This document shows positions 11,101-22,414 of a stretch of DNA of 64,000 nt, piece after piece; position 1 is the stretch's first letter; each line of letters starts with the position of its first letter. The DNA comes from Mobula hypostoma (Eukaryota), in NCBI RefSeq assembly GCF_963921235.1, contig NC_086097.1, positions 2,790,001-2,854,000 on the forward strand. The letters are read 5' to 3'. The notes below the pieces were generated by a model, which was given only the letters and a program-made list of their open reading frames with translations, ran no database searches and was not told the DNA's origin. The translations under genes and the position numbers were made by a program.

Positions 11101-13263
11101 CGTGCCTCATGAGCCTGAGTGAATTTTTTGAGGATGTGACTAAACACATTGATGAAGGAAGAGCAGTAGATGTAGTGTATATGGATTTCAGCAAGGCAGT
11201 GGATAAAGTACCCCATGCAAGGCTTATTGAGAAAGTAAGGAGGCATTGCTTTGTGGATCCAGAACTGGCTTGCCCACAGAAGGCAAAGAGTGGTTGTAGA
11301 CAGGTCATATTCTGCATGGAGGTCGGTGACCAGTGGTGTGCCTTGGGGATCTGTTCTGGGACCCTAACTCTTTGTGATTTTTATAAATGGCCTGGATGAG
11401 GAAGTGGAGGGATGGGTTAATAAGTTTGCTGATGACACAAAGTTTGGAGGTGTTGTGGAGGGATGTCAGAGGTTACAGCGGGACATTGATAGGATGGACA
11501 GATGGAGTTCAACCCAGATAAGTGTGAAGTGGTTCATTTTGGTAGGTGAAATATAATGGCAGAATATAGTATTAAGGGTAAGACTCTTGGCAGTGTGGAG
11601 GATCAGAGGGATCTTGGGGTCCGAGTTCATAGGACACTCAAAGCAGCTGGGCAGGTTGACTCTGGTTAAGAAGGCATACAATGTATTGGCCTTCATCAAT
11701 CATGGAATTGAATTTAGGAGCCGAGGGGTAATGTTGCAGCTATACAGGACCCTGGTCAGACCCCACTTGGAGTACTGTACTCAGTTCTGGTTGTCTCACT
11801 ACAGGAAGGATGGGAAACCATAGAAAAGGTGCAGAGGAGATTTACAAGGATGTTGCCTGGATTTGGGAGCATGCTTTATGAAAACAGGTTGAGTGAACTC
11901 GGCCTTTTCTCATTTCATTTAAAAATATTTTTATTAATTATTATTTAAAATCAACAAAAAACAATACATTGAAGTAATTGAGTCAACATATTAATATGTA
12001 CAATAAGAGTTAAACTATCAACCAAGCTAATCAATATATCAAGAATAATAAGAAAAAACAATTTTTTTTGGAAATAAGAAATAAGGAAAAAGAACCCCTA
12101 CTAACTAAATCAAAAAAACCCTACTAACAAAAAAAAAACCAAAAAAAAAAACACCTGGAGCAGAAACCCGGAGCTATACGCCATACAAGCTTCCATAAAA
12201 AAAAAGACATCAGTCCTCCAACCAAATCCATTCACCCAAAAATCAGAAGGGGACCATCTTAACTAACTCAAATCAAATGATATTAGCAGGCAAAAGAGTC
12301 CCACCTTTTCTCAAAGTCAAATCGAGGATCAAAAGTTTGACTTCTGATTTTCTCCAAACTAAGACATAACATCACTTGAGAGAACCATTGTATCAAAGTG
12401 GGAGCAGAAGCATCTTTCCATTTCAGTAAAATAGCCCTTCTGGCCAATAATGTGACAAATGCAATTACATATTGGTCTGATATAGAAACACCGTGAATAT
12501 ATTGACGGATTATACTGAACAAAACTGTCAATGTATTAGGTTATAAATTAATTTTTAAAGCTTTAGAAATTGTAGAAAAAATAGGTTTCCAAAACTGTTT
12601 CAATACAGAACATGACAATATGTGTCAATGTAGCTGTCTCAGTTTTACATCCATCACACTGACTATTAACATTAGGAAATATTTTAGACAGTCTCTCCTT
12701 TGTCAAATAATAATGATGTACAATTTTAAATTGAATTAGAGAGTGACTGGCACAAATCGAAGAAGAGTTAACCACCTTCAAAATTCGCAGCCAATCCTCT
12801 GTTATCATGTTAAGCTCTCTTTCCCAATCTTGCTTAATCTTAAGTAAAGGATATTTATCCTGTTGTAATAGTAAATAAGTTGAGTGAACTCAGCCTTTTC
12901 TCCTTGGAGTGACGGAGGATGAGAGGTGACCTGATAGAGGTGTATAAGATGTTGAGGGGCATTGATCATGTGGATGGTCAGAGGCTTTTTCCCAGGGCTG
13001 AAATGGCTGGCAACAAGAGGGTACAGGCTAAAGGTGCGTGTGTGTGTGTTTTTCCCCACGCAGAGTGTGCCTGGAATGGGCTGCCGGCAATGGTGGTGGA
13101 GGGGGATACAATAGGGTCTTTTAAGAGACTTTTGGATAGGTACATGGAGCTTAGAAAAATAGAGGGCTATGGGTAACCCTAGTAATTTCTAAGGTAGGGA
13201 CACGTTCGGCACAACTTTGTGGGCTGAAGGGCCTTGTATTGTCCGTAGGTTTTCTAAGTTTCT
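8190..13263 (+). mobile_element. Near full-length degenerate CR1 LINE (ORF1 zinc finger/coiled coil/SGNH esterase; ORF2 APE endonuclease + RT), interrupted by an L1
   Basis: ORF1: GDSIVRG, HIGTNDI, DGLHLN. ORF2: AITETW, DFNFPNIDW, NYRPVSITS, QHGF, FADDTK. Multiple stops and frameshifts; TTTCTA-type tail. Confidence 0.9.
11912..12878 (-). mobile_element. L1-clade LINE 3' fragment with a TSD of about 24 bp
   Basis: QFKIVH, CDGC and LLKWK..P..QW motifs. GTTGAGTGAACTCRGCCTTTTCTC at 11888-11911 and 12879-12902. Confidence 0.85.
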
Positions 13264-13631
13264 AAACATAAAAAATTTTGAAAGGAATAGATAAGATGGT
13301 AGGAAAGTTGTTTCCATTGGTAGGTGGGACTAGAACTAGGCAACATTGCCTCAAGATTCAGGGGAGAAGATTTAGGATGGAGATGAGGAGAAACTGTTTT
13401 GCCCAGAGAGTGGTGAATCTGTGGAATTCTCTGCCCAGGGAAGCAGTTGTGGCTTCCTCACTAAATATATTTAAGATACAGTTAAATAGTTTTTTTACAT
13501 AGTAAGGGAATTCAGGGTCATGGGGAAAAGGCAGGTAGATGGAGCTGAGTTTACGGACAGATCAGCCATGTTGGGGCAGGCTCGATGGGCCGGTTGGCCT
13601 ACTCCTCCTGCTCCTATATCTTATGTTCTTA

Positions 13632-13725
13632 TCTCCAGTCCTGCTGAAGGGTCTCAGCCCGAAACGTCGACTATACTCTTCTATAGATGCTGCCTGGCCT
13701 GCTGAGCTCCTCCAGCATTTTGTGC
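13632..13725 (+). mobile_element. Penelope-derived fragment with minimal hammerhead motif
   Basis: AGTC CTGCTGA AGGG TCTCAG CCC GAAA CGTC GACT at 13637-13672. Confidence 0.65.
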
Positions 13726-14039
13726 ATACTGCCTTATCTTCATCAACTTTCATTTTAAGATCTCCCCCGTCTCTTTTGGCTCCACACATGCATTACCTTC
13801 TGATCTTTCAGAGGACCAATTTTGTCCCTTGCCTGCACATGGTCCGTATCCCCCTGTTTCCTGTTCCTGTGCCTGTCTAAATGTTTAAACATTGCTATGA
13901 AATCTCTTTCCACCACCACCCCCGGTGTTCCAGCTACCTAACACTAAAATAAAACACTTGCTTTGTGCATTTCTCTTAAATTTATTCCCTTTCACCTTAA
14001 GCTTATGCCATCTAGTATTTGACATTTGCACATAACATA

Positions 14040-15100
14040 TCTGTAGAATCCCTTCGGATTCCCCTTCACTGTGTCTGCTAGGGATACCCCATGCCTTCTT
14101 TTTGCCCTCCTGTTTTCTTTAAGTGTTCTCTTTCATTTCTTGTACTCCATAAGCACCTCATTTGTTCCTACTTGCCTATACCAGCTTTGTACCTCCTGTT
14201 TGCTCTTAACCAAGGCATCAGTATCTCTTGAAAACCAAGGTACCCTAAACCATGTAACCATATAACAATTACAACACGGAAACAGGCCATCTCAGCCCTT
14301 CTAGTCCGTGCCGAACTCTTACTCTCACCTATTCCCACCAACCTGCACTCAGCCCATAACCCTCTATTCCTTTCCCGTCCATATAGCTGTCCAATTTAAC
14401 TTTAAATGACAACATCGAACCTGCCTCAACCACTTCTGCTGGAAGCTCGTTCCACACAGCTACCACTCTCTGAGTAAAGAAGTTCCCCCTCATGTTACCC
14501 CTAAACTTTTGCCCTTTACTCTCAACTCATGTCCTCTTGTTTGAATCTCCCCCACTCTCAATGGAAAAAGCCTATCCACGTCAACTCTATCTGTCCCCCT
14601 CATAATTTTAAATACCTCTATCAAGTCCCCTCTCAACCTTCTACGCTCCAAAGAATAAAGACCCAACTTGTTCAACCTTTCTCTGTAACTTAGGTGATGA
14701 AACCCAGGTAATATTCTAGTAAATCTAGTAAACATTCTAGTAAACCTGTTACCTTTACTTTTTATTCTGACAGGCAAACTTCATACTCTCAAATTTTCAC
14801 TTTTGAAGAGGTCCCACTTACCAAGTACACCTTTGCCAGAAAACAGCCTGTCCCAGATCCTTTCTGAATCTATCAAAATTGGCCTTTTTCAAATTTAGAA
14901 TTTCAACCTGCGGACCAGACCTATCTCCTTGCATATTCACTTTGAAACTAATGGCACTGTGGTCACTGGATGCAAAGAGTTGACCTACACAAACCTTTGT
15001 CACCTGCCCTGTCTCATTCCCTAATAGCAAATCCTGAACACATTTGACAAACTCTATCCCAACTAGTCCTCTTATAGTATGGGAATCCCAATCAATATGT
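14040..15100 (-). mobile_element. CR1 fragments, including a nested CR1 3' end at about 14250-14745
   Basis: LGLYSLERRRLRGDLIEVFK and SDHSAISF motifs. Confidence 0.8.
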
Positions 15101-17234
15101 GGAGGCTGCTTCTCTCTTTCACTTCACTAAACTGACAAGACAAGCCATCTAGTTCCTGCTTCTTTGACTCCGGTCGATAGGTCAGGATGAAATTGAAGTG
15201 GTTTAAAAAAAAGAGACCACCTGGTCTGCCTGGAATTCAGTCTTTAGGCCTCCTGAATATATCCCAGTTTCTTGTGGTCTGACAACACAATAAATGGGTT
15301 CTTGACCCCTTCATACCAGTGACACCAGTTCTCCCAAGCCAACTTGACTGTGAGCAGCTCTTTAGTTCCGAGGTAACCTCAGCTGGGGATAGCGCCTGGA
15401 GAAGATTGCACGTGGGTGCAGTTCATTGTCTGAAGGTGTCTGCTGAGACAATACTGCATCCACTCCAACATCTGAGGCAATCCACCTCCGCAATGAAGGG
15501 AATGTCTGGCTTAGGTGAAACCAAAATGGGAGCCATCATGAACCACTGTTTAAGTTTTGCAAAAGTAGCCTCCGCTCTGGTTGTCCAAATAAAGGGGCCC
15601 ATGGATCTCTTAGTTACTGCTATAAGCTGAGCCACCGCTGAGCTGAAATTCCTGATGAACTGACGTGCTCCTTCATGTACTTTAAGAATAGGATGTCATC
15701 CAAGTCGATGAAGTTGTACTTATGGTGAGCATTCCAAAGCATGTTGTTTATAAAGGTCTGGAAAGGTGCTGGCCCATTCACGAGGCCAAAGTCATGACCA
15801 GTTACTCATAGTGCCCTGTTGGAGTGTTGAATGCAGTCATCGCCTCAATGCAGACCAGATTGTACGCACTCCACAAGTCTAGCTTTGAGGGTATTCTTGT
15901 CCCTTTGGAGAATCTCAGTGTTCATGAGTGGAAGGGGGTAATGATTTTTGGCCATTATGTGATTCAGCCCTCTATACTCAATGCATAGCCGCAGGCTCCC
16001 ATCTTTTATCTGCACGAAGAAGCCTGCATCAACTGGTGAGGAGGACCGAATGAATTCCATGGCAAGAGCTCCTCTATGTGCTCGTCCATAGTGCTTCTCT
16101 CTGGGCCTGAGATTGCGTACAGTCGGCCCCGCGGAGGACAAGTACCAGGTAGTTGCTCTCCAGCACGGTTGTAGGCTTGGTGTGGTGGAAGAGTCGAAGC
16201 CTTTCCCCTGCTGGAGTCCTCTTCCAAATCCTTGTAGATGGAAGGGATTGTGACCAGCTTGGGTGTTGCAATTATTCCTGAACCTCCTTCTGAGAATGAC
16301 TCCCGAGGCTCCTGAGGTAGCGGGGCTGATTCAGAATTCCTCAGAGTCTCCTCCATAGGTTCACTAGAGTTTTTAGTTGAAACAGAGACCAACTCAGAGT
16401 CCAAATCCTCAAACAACAACAACAAAGTTCGACAAATGGTCTTTGTGCTCCTGGGACCCAGCTCCAAGGGTCTACGTTTAGAAACATTTGCTTCGTTGGG
16501 GCCTGGTGCTTGGGCACCTCCTGGGCTTGCTCTTGAACTACAGACCCTCACTCTCTAGACAGGGCCAGGATTCACACTGGAGCTGGCTTGGACTGGGTAT
16601 CCCGAAGGCTCCAGGTTTACCCCAAACAAGAGTCTGCCCCCTCATCAGCTGCTGGTCTCAGGAGAGTCGGCGGGGGGGGGGGCAGGGGGATGGAACTAAG
16701 CTGAAAACATACCCCTTGCAACAACTGGTTGATGCAATGATCCTCCCTTCCTTCCAGTTCATGATAAGGTTACGCTGGGAATGCCAAGGGTGCCTGGGGA
16801 TCGGGGGTACGTGAGGAGAATCTATGATGTGAAGACAACCATCCTCCACATGTTCCTCTACCCTCATCCACGAAGCTGATGCCTGCTGTAGGATTCGCCC
16901 GGAACCAAGATGCAGGCATGGGCTGGCTCAACTTCTGCAGCGGTATGCCGAGTCGGCCGGCTGTCCCCCAGACTGACTGCTCCAGAGTCCACAAAGGCGT
17001 TCGCCTCTCATTGGCTCTTACCCCAGGAGGTCTCCACCTTCAGCGAGACAGCAGAATCAGCAGGATTGGGAGTAATGGCTGCTATCACTGCAGTCCTGCC
17101 GACATTGGATGTTCTGATCAGTTTTCCGATGGCAGTAGCTTTGGACATTCAGAATCCGAATCCGGTTTATTATCACTGGCACATGATGCGAAATTTGTTA
17201 ACTTAGCAGCAGCAGTTCAATGCAATACATAATA

Positions 17235-17374
17235 TCATCACCATCATCATCATCATCATCAGGTGCCGTGCAGCCTGCAGATAGGATTCTCCTTCTTTTT
17301 GTATATCACCATAATTCTGTCTTTCGGCAATTGATAGATAGTGCAAAAATGGGTCTTTCTTCAACAATTATATC
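17235..17374 (-). mobile_element. Short LINE 3' tail with (ATG)n end (RTE-like) and 10-bp TSD
   Basis: (CAT)n at about 17242-17260; ATACATAATA at 17225-17234 and 17375-17384. Confidence 0.55.
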
Positions 17375-18047
17375 ATACATAATACATAGAAGAAAAAAAA
17401 GTAAATTAATTACAGTATACATATATTGAATAGATTAAAATCATGCAAAAACAAAAAATATATATTTTAAAAAGTGAGGTAGCTTTCATGGGTTCAATGT
17501 CCATTTATGAATCAGATGGCAGAGGGGAAGAAGCTGTTCCTGAATCACTGAGTGTGTGCCTTCAGGCTTCTGTATCTCCTACCTGATGGAAACAGTGAGA
17601 AAAGGGCATGCCCTGGGTGCTGGAGGTCCTTAATAATGGACGTTGCCTTTCTGAGACACCACTCCCTGAAGATGTCCTGGGTACTTTGTGGGCTAGTACC
17701 CAAGATGGAGCTGACTAAATTTACAACCCCCTGCAGCTTCTTTCGGTCCTGTGCAGTAGCCCCTCCATACCAGACAGTGATGCAGCCTGTCAGAATGCTC
17801 TCCATGGTACAACTATAGAAGTTTTTGAGTGTATTTGTTGACATGCCAAATCTCTTCAAACTTCTAATGAAGTCTAGCCCCTGCCTTGCCTTCTTTATAA
17901 CTACATCGATATGTTGGGACCAGGTTAGATCCTCAGAGATCTTGACATCCAGGAACTTGAAACTGCTCACCCTCTCCTCTTCTGCTCACTCTATGATCCT
18001 TCATCTTACCCTTCCTGAAGTCCACAATCAGCTCTTTCCTCTTACTG

Positions 18048-19751
18048 TGTCACAAGGGGTGCTGGGAACAGACCCAAATGCAAGACACAGACACTGAAGT
18101 ACAAGGAACAGGACTTGACTAGAGTAAGGACGCGACAGGATTCAGGCAAGGAGCAGGGACAAGAACGCAGACTTGGGCCAGGGAAAGCGGGACCAGGACT
18201 AGGAACCATGGACTAGGAGAGAAGGCTTGGACTCCGAGCCCGAGACTGGACAAGGACCCAGAACCTGGGTGTTGCCTCGGGCTCGGACCCCAGAACCAGA
18301 CAAGGATATGACATGGCTTGAGGCTTGGGGTCTTGGGTCTTGAGCTTGGCTTGGGATCCTCAAGGCTTGGGGTCTTGGGTCTTGAGCTTGGCTTGGGATC
18401 CTTGAGGCTTGGGGTCTTGGGTCTTGAGCTTGGCTTGGGATCCTCGAGGCTTGGGGTCTTGGGTCTTGAGCTTGGCTTGGGATCCTCGAGGCTTGGGGTC
18501 TTGGGTCTTGAGCTTGGCTTGGGATCCTCGAGGCTTGGGGTCTTGGGTCTTGAGCTTGGCTTGGGATCCTCGAGGCTTGGGTCTTGAGCTTGGCCTGGGA
18601 TCCTCAAGGCTTGGGGTCTTGGATCTTGAGCTTGTCTTGGGATCCTCGAGGCTTGGGGTCTTGGTCCTGAGCTTGGCTTGGGATCCTCGAGGCTTGGGGT
18701 CTTGGGTCCTGAGCTTGGCTTGGGATCCTCGAGGCTTGGGGTCTTGGGTCTTGAGCTTGGCTTGGGATCCTCGAGGCTTGGGGTCTTGGGTCTTGAGCTT
18801 GGCTTGGGATCCTCGAGGCTTGGGGTCTTGGGTCTTGAGCTTGGTTTGGGATTCTCGAGGCTTGGGGTCTTGGGTCTTGAGCTTGGTTTGGGATTCTCGA
18901 GGCTTGGGGTCTTGGGTCTTGAGCTTGGCTACCAGCTGGGGTCTTGGGTCTTGAAATGCAGAGGCTGATAACTCAGAGACTGGAGCTGAGAGACAGACTG
19001 GGAACTAAACATCAACATAGAGCCGGGACTTATCCTTAAACAAGCCAGGGCTCATCTTTAACACAACACAAACCTGAGACAGGACAGGACATAGACATAA
19101 AGCTGGGACTTATCCTACGACAAGCCAGGACTCAACTTCATCTCCACACCAAGGTAGGACAGGTCTCTCTGTCAGGTAACGGCGGAACAGCCTGGCTTAC
19201 CCCACAGAGATGAGGGCAAGACAAGACAGATCCCCTGCAGGGCAACAGCAAAATGGCCTGGCTTACCCCACAGAGGCAAGGACAAGAGGGGACAAACACC
19301 AAAAAATGACAGACAGTTCCATCTCTGCTCCGGGGAAGCTCCAAGTCTCAGTTCAGCCAGCAATCTCAGCTGGCTACAGAAACAGTCAGATCCCTACCTG
19401 GCTCAGAGCGGCTGGCAACCACTCAGCTGGCCCAGGAAACAGTCAAATTCATACCGCAAAGACAGCTCCGGCTACTGATAACAAGGCTCCATGAGGGGAT
19501 GGTTCCCCAATGCAGCCTAGAGATGGCAATTGGCTGCTCTAGCCTTCTACCAGCAGGTCACTCCAAGGGGGACTGACAAGACAAACCAGCCACCCACACT
19601 TAATCCCAAGGCTACTTATATTGCAAGCCCAAAGATGGGAATCAGGTGCCTTTGATTTAGTTAAACAAGGGACAGCTGGAAGACCTGGAGACCTGAGTCC
19701 ATGGACCGGACTGTGAACCGGAATGCGGATTTCACGGACCAGACCATTGAA
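18048..19751 (-). mobile_element. Solo LTR (1.7 kb, expanded by an internal minisatellite) with 5-bp TSD TACTG
   Basis: TACTG at 18043-18047 and 19752-19756. Left terminus TGTCAC (minus-strand ...GTGACA); right terminus degenerate. The Rex1 sequence rejoins across it. Confidence 0.75.
18316..18953. repeat. 42-bp minisatellite, about 15 copies
   Basis: Unit GAGGCTTGGGGTCTTGGGTCTTGAGCTTGGCTTGGGATCCTC. Confidence 0.95.
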
Positions 19752-21654
19752 TACTGATGTTGAGTGCCAGGTTGTTGTTGTGACACCACTCCACTAGTTG
19801 GCTTATCTTGCTCCTGTATGCCCTCTCATTACCATCTGAGAGTTTACCAACAATGGTTGTATCATCCGCAAATTTATAGTTGGTATTGAGGTATGCCTAG
19901 CCACACAGTCATGGGTATATAGAGAGTAGAACAGTGGGCTAAGCACACACCCCTGAGGTGTGCCAGTGTTGATCGTCAGCGAGGAGGAGATGTTATCACC
20001 AATCCGCACAGACTGTAGTCTTCCGGTTAGGAAGTCAAGGAACCATTTGCAGAGGGAGGTACAGAGGCCCAGGTTCTGCAACTTCTCAATCAGGACTGTG
20101 GGTGTGATGGTATTAAATGCTGAGCTATAGAGCTATGGAGGTTGTGTTTCTCCAGACTCTGCAGAAATGTTCTCTCTGTGGCTGGCCTCTGCATACGAGA
20201 GGCGCTGGAGCTCCACTGAGCATCCTGACATAACTGTTTGTGTTGTCCAGGTGGTTTAAAGCCATGTGAAGAGCCATTAAGATTGCATCTGCCATTGACC
20301 CATTGTGGCGATAGGCAAATTGCAATGGGTCCAGGTCCTTGCTGAGACAGGAGTTCAGTCTACTCATGACCAACCTCTCAAAGCATTTCATCACTGTAGA
20401 TGTGAGCGCTACTGGGCGATAGTCACTAAGGCAGCTCACATTATCCTTCTTAGGCATTGGTATAATTGTTGCCTTTTTGAAGCAAGTGGAATTTCTGCCC
20501 CTAGCAGTAAGAGGTTGAAAATGCCCTTGAATACTCCCACTAGTTGGTTGGCACAGGTTTTCAGAGCCTTACCAGGTACTCCATCGGGACCTTCCGCCTT
20601 GCGAGGGTTCACTCTCTTTAAAGACAGCCTAACATCGGCCTCTGAGACAGACATCACAGGGTCATCAGGAATCTTCACAGTTGTAGTTGTGTTCTCCCTT
20701 TCAAAGTGGGCATAGAAGCTGTTGAGTTCATCTGGTAGCGAAGCATTGCTGCCATTCATGGTATTGTGTTTCGCTATTCGCCCCACAGGCGATCTGCTTC
20801 CACACAAGAACTGCAGCAACCTTAACACCGATGCCAGAGCCTCTCATCAGTGGGGAGTCTGTTGCAGCCGATTCGCATGGGCTCAACGGGATCTTGAGCA
20901 GGGGATGCTGTCCGACTTAAGATGTGGAACTGCGATGCATTGAGGCCAGGCTCAGGCTAACCCTCTTTAACACCTTGAGGTAGTCCCACTGTCGCTCCGC
21001 CAGGCAATTATTGAGGTGGTTGGATTGAACAATCGAAGCCTCTGGGTCCTCTCCAGCTCTCCCAAGGCAAGGGCATCCTTTAGTTCATCCTGGAGTCAGT
21101 GCCGGTACAATGTGGCCAAGGCCTCCCCATTTCAGCAGCTCTCTTCCGCCAGAGTCTGAAATTCAATCTCGTAGTCGACTGTTGACCGACTATTCTGACG
21201 CACCGTCATCAGGCGGTCCGAGGCTCGGTTTGCTCTGTCGAGATGAATTCTTCCGAATCCGAGCAAATCTCCAATCTTTGCTCCCAATGCACGGTGGTCC
21301 AGGCCAGGGCTCTCCCGGTCGGGATAGAGATCATGAAGGCCACTTTTCTGGGACCAGGACGGCTGGAGTTCAAACGCCAATGAACATTGAGCGAGGAAGC
21401 GTTGGCAGGAGCCGGGTTACCGGCTCAATCTCTCTGGGGTCGGAAGATGGACTGGCTCGCGGAACAAATGACAGCCTCACCCGAGCGACACTGGCTTCCT
21501 CCTTGCAATAGTTGGCACCCGGCGACCTTTTTCTCCAGACTCTCCAGAAATGTACTCTCTGTGGCTGGCCTCTGCATACGAGAGGCGCTGGAGCTCCACT
21601 GGGTCCATGTTGGCCTGAATCGTACCGTGACGAGAGCCCCAGGTCAGGATGGTT

Positions 21655-22410
21655 AGGACCCAAGCGCTGGAGTATCTGAGAGCGGAACTGTATGTTCCTG
21701 CCAGGATTAACGGCAAAGTGAATAGGAATAAGGAACGCAAACAACAGGAATTCTGCAGATGCTGGAAATTCAAGCAACATACATCAAAGTTGCTGGTGAA
21801 CGCAGCAGGCCAAGCAGCATCTATAGGAAGAGGTGCAGTCGATGTTTCAGGCCGAGACCCTTAGTCAGGACTAAGGGTCTCGGCCTGAAACATCGACTGC
21901 ACCTCTTCCTATAGATGCTGCTTGGCCTGCTGCGTTCACCAGCAACTTTGAGGAATAAGGAACCTTGGTTCTCAAGGGATATTGCAACTCTGATAAAGAA
22001 GGAGAGGGAGTTGTATGACATGTATAGGAAACAGGGAGTAAATAAGGTGCTTGAGGAGTATAAAAAGTGCAAGAAAATATTTAAGAAAGAAATCAGGAGG
22101 GCTAAAAGAAGACATGAGGTTGCCTTGGCAGTCAAAGTGAAGGATAATCCAAAGAGCTTTTACAGGTATATTAAGAGCAAAAGGATTGTAAGGGATAAAA
22201 TTGGTCCTCTTGAAGATCAGAGTAGTCGGCTATGTGCGGAACCAAAAGAAATTGGGGAGATTTTAAATGGGTTTTTTGCATCTGTATTTACTAGGGAAAC
22301 TGGCATAAAGTCTATGGAATTAAGGGAAACAAGTAGTGAGATCATGGAAACTGTACAGATTGAAAAGAAGGAGGTGCTTGCTATCTTGAGGCAAATTAAA
22401 GCGGACAAAT
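21655..22410 (+). mobile_element. CR1 ORF2 internal fragment
   Basis: NKEPWFS, KDNPKSFYRYIKSKR and LNGFFASVFT motifs. Confidence 0.85.
21737..21951. mobile_element. Penelope-derived insertion ending in a perfect palindrome, TSD GGAATAAGGAAC
   Basis: TSD at 21725-21736 and 21952-21963. Arms 21784-21866 and 21869-21951 are exact reverse complements. Confidence 0.85.
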
Positions 22411-22414
22411 TCTT

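Larger units (their letters stand above)
17148..20768 (-). mobile_element. Rex1/Babar LINE, long 5'-truncated copy containing a solo LTR
   Basis: [71 protein letters not shown]. Confidence 0.9.
15100..21650 (-). mobile_element. Degenerate sushi/chromovirus-like Gypsy retrotransposon (gag-protease-RT-RNase H), split by a Rex1 insertion at 17148-20768
   Basis: gag start MDPVELQ (~21609), RQNSRSTVDYEIEFQTLA, EPMRIG; protease FVDSGA (~16990); [55 protein letters not shown]. Confidence 0.85.

Noticed and set aside
18119..18968. Repetitive ORFs (SLEDPKPSSRPKTP and LGVLGLEL repeats)
   Set aside because: Translation artefacts of a 42-bp minisatellite inside an LTR.
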